In this document: positions 36,875 through 46,131 of the stretch, in pieces
Layout of the letters: every line of letters starts with the position of its first letter
How positions within the stretch are numbered: the first letter of the stretch is position 1
From: a virus
Taxonomy: Duplodnaviria; Caudoviricetes
Length of the DNA: 64,000 nt
IMG/VR virus record: IMGVR_UViG_3300017788_000016
Span: 1,372-65,371 of that record
Strand: one strand, 5' to 3'
The notes under the pieces: generated by a model
Database searches by the model: none
What the model saw: only the letters and a program-made list of their open reading frames with translations
What the model was told of the DNA's origin: nothing
Program-made: the position numbers and the translations under genes

Positions 36875-39859
36875 ATGACACAAATTAACTTCAAATCGGC
36901 TGGTGTTTCAGCTAGAACAATAAACCTTTCGGGACCAACGGGAATCCAGCCCTCGGGCATTCCTGCGGGTGTTATTGGCACCTCTCAAAAGGGACCAGCC
37001 TTTGTTCCTACGACCGTGGCAACCATGGCCGACTTCGTTGTTAAGTTCGGCGCTCCCTCGGATGCTGCCCAGAATGGTCCAATGGCCATGGCAGAATGGC
37101 TCAGGAATCAACAGGCAGGTACCTTCGTAAGGGTTCTTGGTGCCGGTCAGGGTCTTAGAAGGACTCAGGATGGCAACAACATCGGTAAGGTAGCTGGTGC
37201 AGGCTTCGTAGTCGGCAGTCAGCTTCCTCAGGGTACTCTGGCTGGCAACGTGGGTAACAACCCATACGCCACGACCGGTGGTGTCCTTGGAAGAACCTTC
37301 TTCCTTGGCTCCTTTATGAGTCAGAGCACCGACTCCAATATCTTCTCTGATGCAGGTTTGCCAAACGGAGGCGTCCCTGTGGTCAGAGGTGTCATCATGG
37401 CAGCCTCGGGCGTTCTCCTGACACTTTCTAGCTCCACCGTAACCTCCAATGCAAGCACCACCTCGGCAGCCACCTGGGCGACCGTGGGAGGCGCAGTAAC
37501 GGGTTCCGTAAACCTTAATTCTGGCCGCCAGGAGTTCGTGCTCCTAGTTAACGGCCTTAAGGGAACCGACTCTACGTTCCCTACAGTTATTACCGCATCC
37601 TTCGATGTGGACGCTCCAAACTACTTCGGTTCCTTGTTCAACAGAGACCCTGAGAAGATTGAGCAGGCTGGTTACTTCCTCTACAACGATTGGGTGATTC
37701 ATCCAACCTTGGCAGTTGTGACCGGTGCCGCAGTTCTTACGACCACTGGCATTGTGGCCGGGTTCGAAAAGGCTGCTTTCCTCATCACCGGTTCTCAGTT
37801 GAGAGACGTTGGTACCTCCACGGCTCCAAACTTCGAGAACTTTGAGGACAGATTCCGTACCGCCAAGTCCACCTGGATCACCACCCAGAAGTTCGGTGGC
37901 GCTCCTCAGAATCTTTTCCGCATTCACTCCCTGGATGACGGAGCCTGGTCGAACACCAACATCAAGATTTCCATCGAGAACCTCACTCCTTCCATTTCGG
38001 ACGCAAGCCCCTATGGAACCTTTGACCTTCTCGTTAGAAGCTTTGATGACAACGACAAGGTGAGAGAGGTGCTTGAGGCCTTCAGAGGCCTTAGCCTTAA
38101 CCCAAACAGTGAAAACTTCATTGCCAGGGTCATCGGCGACTACAACACCTTCTACAACTTCGATACCACTCAGGGTAATGCAAAGCTGGTAACCGAGGGC
38201 GACTATCCAAATAACTCGAAGTACATTCGTGTTGAAATGGATGCCCGTGTGACGAACGAGGAAGTAGATACCTCGGCGCTTCCTTTCGGTTTCAGAGGCG
38301 CTCCTCACCTTATGACCTCCGGGTCGGCTCCATTCGCAGCCTTCGATGGTGGTAGCAGCTTCGTTTCTACCAACCCATTCTACAACACCGTTCAGATGCC
38401 TGTCCCAATGAGACAGAACCTCAACAGAGGCCTGTATCCAAACAAGACTGTGGACAAGGGTCTTTACTGGGGTGTTCAGTTTGAGAGAAGGACCTCGGCC
38501 CTGGAAGCAAACAAGAGCACAATCCCAGAGAGCACCATTGGTTCCTTTGCGGCCTACTTCCCAGACTTCCACACAAGCTGGCAGAATGTGGTCGTGAGCA
38601 ACAACCAAGGTGCCCTTGATACCACCGCAAACGGTATCATTGATGCTGACCGTTTCAACAAGAATGCATTTTCCCTCGAGAACATTCAGGTGAAGTACAA
38701 CAGCTCCACTCTGCTTCCTGACACGACTCAGATCACCAGTTGGTCCTATGTTCGTGGCGGTGGCATTGCAACGGACAACGTGAACCTCACCAGGGCTCTT
38801 GCAAGCACCGACCTTAGCGATCCATCCACCAGACAGCTTGCTAAGTTCTCGTTCTTCCTTCAGGGCGGATTCGATGGCACCAGAGTCTTCAACCGTGATG
38901 AGGCGCGTCTTTCCAACGAGGCAATCGTAGAGGAAATCAACAACTCCTCCAGAGGCGGTACCCTCGGTCCAACCGTGACCTCCTACAATGCGGCCCTGGA
39001 TATCATGTCGGATGCAACCGAGGTTGACATTCAGCTCCTTACCATCCCAGGCATCAAGGCCAATGTCATAACCGACAGAGCAATCCTTGTGGCTGAGGGT
39101 CGTTTCGATGCCCTGTGCCTTATCGATGTTCAGTCCTATGACACCAGCAACCTCTTGGTAACCGGTTCGGGTCAGACGACCTCTGTCCGTTACACCGCAA
39201 CCAACTTCCGTAACCGTGGTCTGAACACCTCCTTCGGCGCAGCCTACTTCCCAGACGTTGTGATGAATGACTTGGTGAACGACTCCATAAGGACCGTTCC
39301 GGCCTCCGTGGCGGCTCTTGGTGCCTTTGGATTCAATGACAGAGTAGCTTACCCATGGTTCGCACCGGCAGGCTTCGCAAGAGGCGCTCTGGCAACCACC
39401 GTGGAAACCACCCTTGAGTTGAATCGTCAGAACATGGATGACCTCTATGAGGTAAACATCAACCCAATCGTTTCCTTTGCAGGTTCGGATGGTCCATTGG
39501 TGTGGGGTCAAAAGACCCTCTATGCTGAGGACTCGGCCCTGGACAGAGTGAATGTTCGTCGTCTCCTTCTGTCCATCAGAAGGCAGGTCAAGAAAATCTC
39601 CAACCGAATCGTGTTCGAGCAAGGTCTACCAGAGACTCTTGCAAGATTCTCTCAGTTGGTGAACCCTGTCCTTAAGAGGATCCAGGATCAGAAGGGTGTG
39701 GATCGCTTCTTTGTGAAGATTGACACCTCCACCACGACCCAGGCAGACTTCGAGAATAAGACCATCAGAGGTAAGATTTTCGTGTCTCCAACCAGAACCC
39801 TCGAGTCCCTAAGCATCGACTTCGTGATCAACAACTCCAGCAACTTCGGCCAGGGTTGA
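36875..39859 (+). CDS. tail sheath protein 2
   Basis: SAGVSARTINLS, KGPAFVPT, PWFAPAGFARG, INPIVSF, WGQKTL, DRVNVRRLL, PTRTLESLSIDF. Confidence 0.93.
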   Translation: MTQINFKSAGVSARTINLSGPTGIQPSGIPAGVIGTSQKGPAFVPTTVATMADFVVKFGAPSDAAQNGPMAMAEWLRNQQAGTFVRVLGAGQGLRRTQDGNNIGKVAGAGFVVGSQLPQGTLAGNVGNNPYATTGGVLGRTFFLGSFMSQSTDSNIFSDAGLPNGGVPVVRGVIMAASGVLLTLSSSTVTSNASTTSAATWATVGGAVTGSVNLNSGRQEFVLLVNGLKGTDSTFPTVITASFDVDAPNYFGSLFNRDPEKIEQAGYFLYNDWVIHPTLAVVTGAAVLTTTGIVAGFEKAAFLITGSQLRDVGTSTAPNFENFEDRFRTAKSTWITTQKFGGAPQNLFRIHSLDDGAWSNTNIKISIENLTPSISDASPYGTFDLLVRSFDDNDKVREVLEAFRGLSLNPNSENFIARVIGDYNTFYNFDTTQGNAKLVTEGDYPNNSKYIRVEMDARVTNEEVDTSALPFGFRGAPHLMTSGSAPFAAFDGGSSFVSTNPFYNTVQMPVPMRQNLNRGLYPNKTVDKGLYWGVQFERRTSALEANKSTIPESTIGSFAAYFPDFHTSWQNVVVSNNQGALDTTANGIIDADRFNKNAFSLENIQVKYNSSTLLPDTTQITSWSYVRGGGIATDNVNLTRALASTDLSDPSTRQLAKFSFFLQGGFDGTRVFNRDEARLSNEAIVEEINNSSRGGTLGPTVTSYNAALDIMSDATEVDIQLLTIPGIKANVITDRAILVAEGRFDALCLIDVQSYDTSNLLVTGSGQTTSVRYTATNFRNRGLNTSFGAAYFPDVVMNDLVNDSIRTVPASVAALGAFGFNDRVAYPWFAPAGFARGALATTVETTLELNRQNMDDLYEVNINPIVSFAGSDGPLVWGQKTLYAEDSALDRVNVRRLLLSIRRQVKKISNRIVFEQGLPETLARFSQLVNPVLKRIQDQKGVDRFFVKIDTSTTTQADFENKTIRGKIFVSPTRTLESLSIDFVINNSSNFGQG

Positions 39860-39881
39860 TAATTTCTAGAATGGAGATAAA

Positions 39882-40625
39882 ATGACGTTTACACTTCGAC
39901 AGCTAAAGGTTATGGCCAAGGAAATCGAAAGCGTTGCCTCGGAGCTGGTTTCCAATCGAATGGAAGAGTTTGGCTCCTTTGATCCTAAATCGAGGCTTGG
40001 CAAAGAACTTATCAAAAGTGCCCAAATGGATGCTGAGGACCTGGCTAGGATTGCTAATTTTCTAAAGATTGGGGATATTAAATCGGCCCGGCGAGCAATC
40101 GGGGCATTGGACACAGTGGCTCGAGACTATCTTCCAGAAGAGGTTTTTCATGCACTCTTTCCTGGTAATCGTCTAGAGGAAGACTTCAAGAAAACCATTT
40201 CGTCTACCGTGAAAGAAAGCAACACCATGAAAGTATCCCTAACAGAACTAAAGGCAATGATTAGAGAGGCGCTGAAAGAGCAAAGCGCCAAGGGCGCAGG
40301 AGTCAACACTGCCATTGCACCTCCCACGGAGAAGGTAACAGCCGAGCAAATTTCTAAGCCGGGCCGCAAACGTGTCTTTGAGATTACGGGGCCTATGGGT
40401 CATGTAGAGGCCTATGCCGCTGGTACAGATGAAGAGGACGCCAAGGTGCGATGGCTCGTGAGCATTGGTCAAACCGAGGCTTCAGCCAGAAACAATATGC
40501 ACCACTATGGAGCCAGTGCCATGAGCACAATGGCCATTCAGAAAATGCTCATCAGGCTCGAAGATCAGATTGAGAAACTTGAGGCACGCAAGGAGCAGCT
40601 AGAAGCGGCTGCCTCTGACTTTTGA
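39882..40625 (+). CDS. hypothetical protein
   Basis: 247 aa; GGAG RBS; internal MKVSLTELKAMIREALKE motif. Confidence 0.65.
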   Translation: MTFTLRQLKVMAKEIESVASELVSNRMEEFGSFDPKSRLGKELIKSAQMDAEDLARIANFLKIGDIKSARRAIGALDTVARDYLPEEVFHALFPGNRLEEDFKKTISSTVKESNTMKVSLTELKAMIREALKEQSAKGAGVNTAIAPPTEKVTAEQISKPGRKRVFEITGPMGHVEAYAAGTDEEDAKVRWLVSIGQTEASARNNMHHYGASAMSTMAIQKMLIRLEDQIEKLEARKEQLEAAASDF

Positions 40626-40643
40626 CTCACCAAGGAATCCATT

Positions 40644-41459
40644 ATGAAGCTACTATACACAAATCACGGTATCCTCACAGAGGCGAAGGTTCGTTTTCTT
40701 CTGAGAAATGGCGTTGATGTTCAGATTGCTGGACAAAGCGGCTTGGTTGAGGGAGTTATTGAGGGCGGGCCATCCACCAGAAGGGCTGCCAGGGATGCTG
40801 CCATTGATGCCTCCATTTCTGACTTTGAGGACGAACCCGAGCCCATTTCTCACTTTGAGGACGACAGAGAGCTATCGCCAACCTCCTATCCTGGTCCAAT
40901 GGATGACCTGGATCCGGTTCATGACTTCAATTCACTTAGCGATGAGATTCCACCAGGCAGTACGCCAATGGACACAGAAGAGGGTTGGGATTTCGATTTC
41001 TCCGGGCCTTGGTATGAGGAACCTCTTATTGATGAGGGCCGTGACCTGGACGATCCAGACTTCTTTGGTGATGAGCCCTCGGAACCAGAGGTCGGGCCAA
41101 CAGGAGAGGCTGAGGACATTCCTCTGCTCGACATTGAGAAGGCAGGGTTCGGCATTCCTAGCGCAGGCATCCCAGACGAGGAAGACGATTTCACGGGCTA
41201 CACCTTCTCGGATGAGGAGTGGTTCACGAAGGGCAAGCCTGAGCAGGCAAGCGAGGAAGATGAGGATGACCTAGGTTCCAACGAGGACTCCTGGTTTGTG
41301 GAAGGTCGCAGTCTCAAGGAGAACCTTAAGACCCTGGTTAGAGAATGCATGGATGAGTTCCAAAACGAGGAGCTTCAGCACTCCCAGACCGGTTTTGCCG
41401 ATATGCAGCCAGCAGTGGTAGCCGAAAGCAGTGTCAGGAAGCGCAGACGGAAGGCCTGA
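40644..41459 (+). CDS. hypothetical, highly acidic protein
   Basis: 271 aa; AAGGA RBS; D/E-rich, probably disordered, with a basic tail RKRRRKA. Confidence 0.65.
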   Translation: MKLLYTNHGILTEAKVRFLLRNGVDVQIAGQSGLVEGVIEGGPSTRRAARDAAIDASISDFEDEPEPISHFEDDRELSPTSYPGPMDDLDPVHDFNSLSDEIPPGSTPMDTEEGWDFDFSGPWYEEPLIDEGRDLDDPDFFGDEPSEPEVGPTGEAEDIPLLDIEKAGFGIPSAGIPDEEDDFTGYTFSDEEWFTKGKPEQASEEDEDDLGSNEDSWFVEGRSLKENLKTLVRECMDEFQNEELQHSQTGFADMQPAVVAESSVRKRRRKA

Positions 41460-41553
41460 AAGGCTTTTGCGATATCTTGAGACCAAGTTTCCAGGTGCGT
41501 AATATTTAGACTGTGAATCCGCTGAGAGATCAAGGAAATAGAAGGTAAGGAAT

Positions 41554-42045
41554 ATGGTAGAGACACTATCAGTAACGGACATGCTCCCACAGAAGTTTGA
41601 GCCATTGGCAAAGAGGCAATTCGTATTTGCCATCGAGGGTATTGACCACTTCTTGATCAAGACAGCGGCTCGTCCCCAGATTACCACTGAGGAAGTAGCT
41701 ATTCCATGGATCAACTCTACCAGATACATCGCTGGTAAGACAAAGTTTGGTACCATGCAGGTTACCCTCCATGATGCTATCGCTCCTTCGGCGGCTCAGC
41801 AGGTTGAGGAGTGGCGTCGTCTTTGCTTCGAGAGCGTCTCGGGCAGAGGCGGTTATGCAGACTTCTACAAGAGAGACATTCAGATCAAGATGCTTGACCC
41901 CGTGGGTACCGTTGTCCAGCTTTGGGACATTAAGGGTGCCTTCATCACCGAGTCCAACTACGGTGAGTTGTCCTACGAGGAAGAGACTGGTCTTGCAGAA
42001 ATCACCCTGACCATTCGCTTCGACAATATGGTCCTCCAGTTCTGA
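41554..42045 (+). CDS. tail tube protein (T4 gp19-like)
   Basis: FEPLAKRQF, IPWINSTRYIAGK, YKRDIQIKMLDPVG, WDIKGAFIT, ITLTIRFD. Confidence 0.9.
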   Translation: MVETLSVTDMLPQKFEPLAKRQFVFAIEGIDHFLIKTAARPQITTEEVAIPWINSTRYIAGKTKFGTMQVTLHDAIAPSAAQQVEEWRRLCFESVSGRGGYADFYKRDIQIKMLDPVGTVVQLWDIKGAFITESNYGELSYEEETGLAEITLTIRFDNMVLQF

Positions 42046-42066
42046 TCTTTCCTTATTTCGAATCCC

Positions 42067-42102
42067 AAAAGAGAGCCGTCCACAAGAGGATGGCTCTTTT
42101 TT
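42067..42102 (+). terminator. intrinsic terminator after the tail tube gene
   Basis: AGAGCCGTCC-ACAAGA-GGATGGCTCT followed by TTTTT. Confidence 0.85.
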
Positions 42103-42121
42103 GTCTACTTATCCATAACCA

Positions 42122-42457
42122 ATGGAGAGTCAAAACGTGAAAGAACATGCAAACTTAGAAGAAGTACTTGACTTCTTACTTGAAGAAACAGTTTCTGATG
42201 CTGAATTGTCCGAGGACATTGAAGAAGAATATTCTGGTCCTAAAAAGTATGTGAAGAAAACGTCTGATGGTAAGACGGTTAGATATGGTGCCAAGGGTTA
42301 CAGTATAGCACCAGGTACTTCAAAGGGAGACTCATACTGTGCAAGGTCAAATGGGCAAATGAAAAAACACCCAGCCGCAGCAAAAGACCCAAACAGTCCA
42401 CTTAGACTTTCGAGGAAGAAGTGGAAATGCTCTGGTGAAAAGTCCCGTAGAGATTGA
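42122..42457 (+). CDS. small phage protein (DUF6321-like, SYCARS...RKKWKC)
   Basis: KTVRYGAKG...DSYCARS.GQMK...KDPNSPLRLSRKKWKC; acidic N-terminus; TACTTA upstream. Confidence 0.65.
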   Translation: MESQNVKEHANLEEVLDFLLEETVSDAELSEDIEEEYSGPKKYVKKTSDGKTVRYGAKGYSIAPGTSKGDSYCARSNGQMKKHPAAAKDPNSPLRLSRKKWKCSGEKSRRD

Positions 42458-42822
42458 ATTTTCATGGTATAGCAATGGAAACAAGGACTTCATCAGATTT
42501 GGAAAGATATCGAAGGCTAAGGCTTTCGAGCCCTGTTCTTTGGAAGGCAGCCCAGAGAAGGGCACGTCTTGTTATGAACGCCTCCAAGAAAAGAAGGATG
42601 GCGGCCACCCTTTTACTTCCCTTTATGCGGGTGATCAAACTGGAGTTAGCTGAGGGCTCTTTTGCAGAGCCCAGCAAGCAAAACGTAGAGGATGCCCTTA
42701 GGGCCATGATTCTGGACACAGGAGAACGCCAAAGGGCCTTCCGTCTTTATGAGCAGCTCCTGAGGATTCACTCCATGTTCCGTCTATCCCAGCATCTTAC
42801 CAAAAAGAAGCCTGCGAAATAG
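42454..42822 (+). CDS. hypothetical protein
   Basis: 122-aa ORF; start may instead be ATG 42475. Confidence 0.5.
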   Translation: MNFHGIAMETRTSSDLERYRRLRLSSPVLWKAAQRRARLVMNASKKRRMAATLLLPFMRVIKLELAEGSFAEPSKQNVEDALRAMILDTGERQRAFRLYEQLLRIHSMFRLSQHLTKKKPAK

Positions 42823-42903
42823 CAAAAAGCTGCCATCTTATCGGAATTTGCGTTCAGACATATCTATAAGGGGGTTCATAATCCCTTCATAGCCGGAGAA
42901 CAC

Positions 42904-43773
42904 ATGTCAGAAGATAACAAGGAAGCACGCGAGGCTAAGAACTCGATTTTTGGTGGTAACATTGAGGGCGTTCAGTCCGTGAGAATGGCTGATGCGGCCA
43001 AAAAGGACTTCGACATGGAGATTCCTGTCGATGCGGTTCCGCTACCTTCCAAGGGTAAGGTCTATGACGCTAGCCATGCTCTGTCTGGTAAGACTGAGGT
43101 TGAGTACAGAGCCATGACGGCCCGAGAAGAGGATCTTCTTATGAGCCCGGCTCTCATCAAGAGAGGCACGGTCATTACCGAGCTTATCAAGGCCTGCCTC
43201 ATCAACAGAAGCATTGATGTGAGCACCCTTCTGAGCGGTGACCGCAATGCCCTGATGATTGCAATCCGTTCCAGTGGCTATGGAAGCCTCTATGAACCAA
43301 CCTTTGTGTGTCCTTCCTGCGGCTTCAAGAATGACCTTACGGTCAACCTCTCGGAGCTCCCAATCAAGCCATTGGAAATCGAGCCAACCTCCCCAGGTCT
43401 CAACCACTTCAAGTTCAAGCTTCCAAAGACCGGCAAGACCATTGGATTCAAGTTCCTAACCGGCAAGGAAGAAGAGGAGATTCTTGCAGAGGTTGACTTC
43501 CGCAAGAAGAAGGGTATGCTCAACTCCAACATCGTCACTGCCCGTCTCCAAAGGAGCATTGTGGACATTGAGGGAACCGCCGATAGGAACACCATTAACA
43601 AATTCGTGTCCTTCCTCCCAGCGGCTGACTCCCTGGCCCTTAGAGAGTACATTGACCAGCATGAGCCGGGCGTTGAAATGACCGTCCCGTTCACCTGCAA
43701 GTCCTGTGATCACTTCGAGGAGGTAACGATGCCCATGGGGGCGACCTTCTTTTGGCCTAACTCACGAAGATAA
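42904..43773 (+). CDS. tail/baseplate-hub assembly chaperone (gp26-like)
   Basis: VPLPSKGKVY, MTAREEDLL, LLSGDRNALMIAIR...YG, two CxxC motifs, ends FFWP. Confidence 0.8.
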   Translation: MSEDNKEAREAKNSIFGGNIEGVQSVRMADAAKKDFDMEIPVDAVPLPSKGKVYDASHALSGKTEVEYRAMTAREEDLLMSPALIKRGTVITELIKACLINRSIDVSTLLSGDRNALMIAIRSSGYGSLYEPTFVCPSCGFKNDLTVNLSELPIKPLEIEPTSPGLNHFKFKLPKTGKTIGFKFLTGKEEEEILAEVDFRKKKGMLNSNIVTARLQRSIVDIEGTADRNTINKFVSFLPAADSLALREYIDQHEPGVEMTVPFTCKSCDHFEEVTMPMGATFFWPNSRR

Positions 43774-44023
43774 AGAGGCGGTTCTCCTTGAGCCCTTCTT
43801 TTTGTTGGGCTACTATTTCGGTATGGACTGGAACACCTACATGGGGTTTCCGGTTGCCTATAAGCGTTGGTTAATAAAACGTATAGAAACCGAGATAAAC
43901 AAGGCCCATGATGCCCAGAAGGACATACCTTCCAAGGGCGTACATCACAACACGCCCGATGCCAGAGCCATGACCGGCAAGACACGTCACCAGGTTCCCC
44001 ACAAATTGCAGCGTTTTACCTAG
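43751..44023 (+). CDS. C-terminal extension of the chaperone, probably reached by +1 frameshift
   Basis: The +1 frame is open from 43727 and reads FGLTHEDKEAVLLEPFFLLGYYFGMDWNTYMGFPVAYKRWLIKRI; slippery TTC TTT TGG at 43747-43755. Confidence 0.7.
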   Translation, partial: FGLTHEDKEAVLLEPFFLLGYYFGMDWNTYMGFPVAYKRWLIKRIETEINKAHDAQKDIPSKGVHHNTPDARAMTGKTRHQVPHKLQRFT

Positions 44024-44091
44024 ACACGGGGCACTTACAGCAGGACAAAAAAAAAACTGTCCTCGTACTTAAGGACAAGAACGAACAACTC

Positions 44092-45135
44092 TTGGCAAAC
44101 CAGCCTTTGGAAATTTCAGCAGACAAGCCCCCAAGAACCTCTTGGAACAAAATCACCCCGAAAGCCACCCTCCTCTATGAGGGTAAGTCCAAAGAGGGCG
44201 GCATATATCAAATTCGTCATAACGCCAACGGAAGAAGATATGTGGGCTCTGCTATGCGTTTCCAGGAACGCTGGAGTACTCATCTAAGGGATCTTCGTAA
44301 GGGAAGACACCATAACAAGTTCCTACAAGCTGACTTCACAAAGTCAGGAGAGTCCTCTTTCACCTTCTCTATCCTTGAACTGGTCTCTGGCGGGAAAAGG
44401 GAAAGAGAAGAAAGGGAACAGGTTTGGTTGGACCGACTTTGGAAAGAGACCGGCTCCTCTAATCAAAGGTACAACCATAGCCCCAAGGCGGTTATTTCAG
44501 AAACAAAGAAACCAAAGGAGAAGAACTATAGGAGTGAAAACTATTGGTTTCTCGGCCCTGACAAGACTGTTGAGTATGTGGTCGAAAACCTTTCGTTTTT
44601 TTGTGAACAGCTCGGCCTCCCGCGGAATCGAATGGCTGAATTGGCATCCGGCAAAATCAAATTCTATAAAGGCTGGACTTTGCAGAATGCGCGGGGTCGA
44701 TTTACAAAACTCACAAACAATGCCACAAAAGAAGAAATCGAAACGAAAGACTTGGACAGTCTCAACAGTCTTGCCAAGAGGCTGGGCATACAGCAATCTC
44801 ATCTTTCCAAGCTTTTGGCAGGCACCAGAAAGTCCTGTGGCCACTGGAAGATTAAAGGTCGAGAGGTGATATCTCGACCTCACAAGGGAAAAGTTTACTG
44901 GCTAACATCACCGGCTGGCAAAGACGTGAAAGTAAATAACCTTAGGCTGTTTGCCTCGAGGCATGCCTTGGAAATTTCTTGCTTGCGCTCCGTTTTAGCA
45001 GGAACACAAAAGTCACACAAAGGATGGATGCCGAGAGGACGTTCTCAGGAGCAACTCAAACAATATCACCGTCAGTCCTATAGACAAAAAGCCATGGCAA
45101 GAAAAAGAGACCCAAAAACTGGCCAATTTAGCTAG
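44092..45135 (+). CDS. free-standing GIY-YIG homing endonuclease
   Basis: GGIYQIRHNANGRRYVGSAMRFQERW..H; three C-terminal repeats ending KFYKGW, KSCGHW and KSHKGW. Confidence 0.88.
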   Translation: MANQPLEISADKPPRTSWNKITPKATLLYEGKSKEGGIYQIRHNANGRRYVGSAMRFQERWSTHLRDLRKGRHHNKFLQADFTKSGESSFTFSILELVSGGKREREEREQVWLDRLWKETGSSNQRYNHSPKAVISETKKPKEKNYRSENYWFLGPDKTVEYVVENLSFFCEQLGLPRNRMAELASGKIKFYKGWTLQNARGRFTKLTNNATKEEIETKDLDSLNSLAKRLGIQQSHLSKLLAGTRKSCGHWKIKGREVISRPHKGKVYWLTSPAGKDVKVNNLRLFASRHALEISCLRSVLAGTQKSHKGWMPRGRSQEQLKQYHRQSYRQKAMARKRDPKTGQFS

Positions 45136-45137
45136 AA

Positions 45138-45174
45138 ATAAAGCCTAAAATCTGAGTTCTGGGCGTGCTATACT
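45138..45174 (+). promoter_or_regulatory. early/middle-type promoter (CCTAAAA...GTGCTATACT)
   Basis: Matches the 25584-25622 motif; lies 30 nt upstream of the methyltransferase start. Confidence 0.65.
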
Positions 45175-45204
45175 AATAACAGAAGCTTTTCGGAGGAGAT
45201 CACT

Positions 45205-46122
45205 GTGGGAATCAATGTTCTGAGCCTGTTCGATGGTATGTCATGCGGGCAGATTGCTCTAAATCGAGCCGGGGTGCCCTATGCCACCTACTATGCCTCA
45301 GAGATCGACAAGCATTCGATTGCTGTGACTCAGAAGCAGTACCCTTCCACGGTTCAGCTAGGGGACGTGACAAAGGTCAAGGCCAAGAATCTCCCTCAGA
45401 TCGACCTTCTGCTGGGCGGAAGCCCGTGTCAGGGCTTCTCCTTCGCCGGGAGCAAGCTCAACTTCAATGACCCCCGGAGTCAGTTGTTTTTCGAGTTTGT
45501 CCGTCTCCTCAAGGAGTGCAAGCCCAAGTATTTTCTCTTTGAAAACGTCAAGATGGAGAAGATGCACGTCGATGTGATCACCAACTATCTTGGGTGTGAG
45601 CCCGTGCTGATCGACAGCAATCGTTTCTCGGCACAGAGCAGGGCTCGACTTTATTGGACGAATATTCCTCTGGGCGAGCTTCCTGCTGACAAGGGCATCC
45701 TCCTTGGGGATATCGTTGAGAGCGGTGGTGTTCTCAGAGACAAGTCTCAGACCGTTCTGACGACCCTGTTTAAGGAGAATGCCAAGAGCATGCTCAAGCG
45801 TAACAAGCAGGGTCTCCTGGTCGCAGAGGGCCTTCCTAGGGGCGTATACACTCTAGGACTCACGAAGCCGGGCGTGAAGGCACGGAAGTCCAAGAATGTC
45901 TCCACGAGCCTTGGAGAGATTAAGGCTGTGGCTCCTGAGACCTACTCCCTCAATGGCAGCCCTGTGGTCTTTCGGAAGTTCACTCCCTTGGAGTGCGAGC
46001 GACTTCAGACTGTACCAGAAAGTTACACTGCCAGTGCTAGCATGACGCAGAGGTACCGCATGCTTGGCAACGGTTGGACGGTAGACGTTATCGCCTATCT
46101 TCTTAGCGGGCTAACCAAGTAG
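45205..46122 (+). CDS. DNA (cytosine-5) methyltransferase
   Basis: VLSLFDGMSCG, GGSPCQGFS, FENV, QSRARLYW, ECERLQT, LGNGW. Confidence 0.92.
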   Translation: MGINVLSLFDGMSCGQIALNRAGVPYATYYASEIDKHSIAVTQKQYPSTVQLGDVTKVKAKNLPQIDLLLGGSPCQGFSFAGSKLNFNDPRSQLFFEFVRLLKECKPKYFLFENVKMEKMHVDVITNYLGCEPVLIDSNRFSAQSRARLYWTNIPLGELPADKGILLGDIVESGGVLRDKSQTVLTTLFKENAKSMLKRNKQGLLVAEGLPRGVYTLGLTKPGVKARKSKNVSTSLGEIKAVAPETYSLNGSPVVFRKFTPLECERLQTVPESYTASASMTQRYRMLGNGWTVDVIAYLLSGLTK

Positions 46123-46131
46123 TCCACTATA

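Noticed and set aside
37544-39622. 692-aa antisense ORF, plus similar shadows at 17521-18378, 19612-20364 and 36069-36833
   Set aside because: They lie opposite strongly codon-biased structural genes, where scarcity of TTA/CTA/TCA codons removes antisense stops; no RBS or protein motifs
20704-45204. Group I introns hosting the GIY-YIG endonucleases
   Set aside because: The flanking genes end in complete C-termini with stop codons, the intergenic gaps are too short for an intron core, and no P/Q/R/S elements were seen
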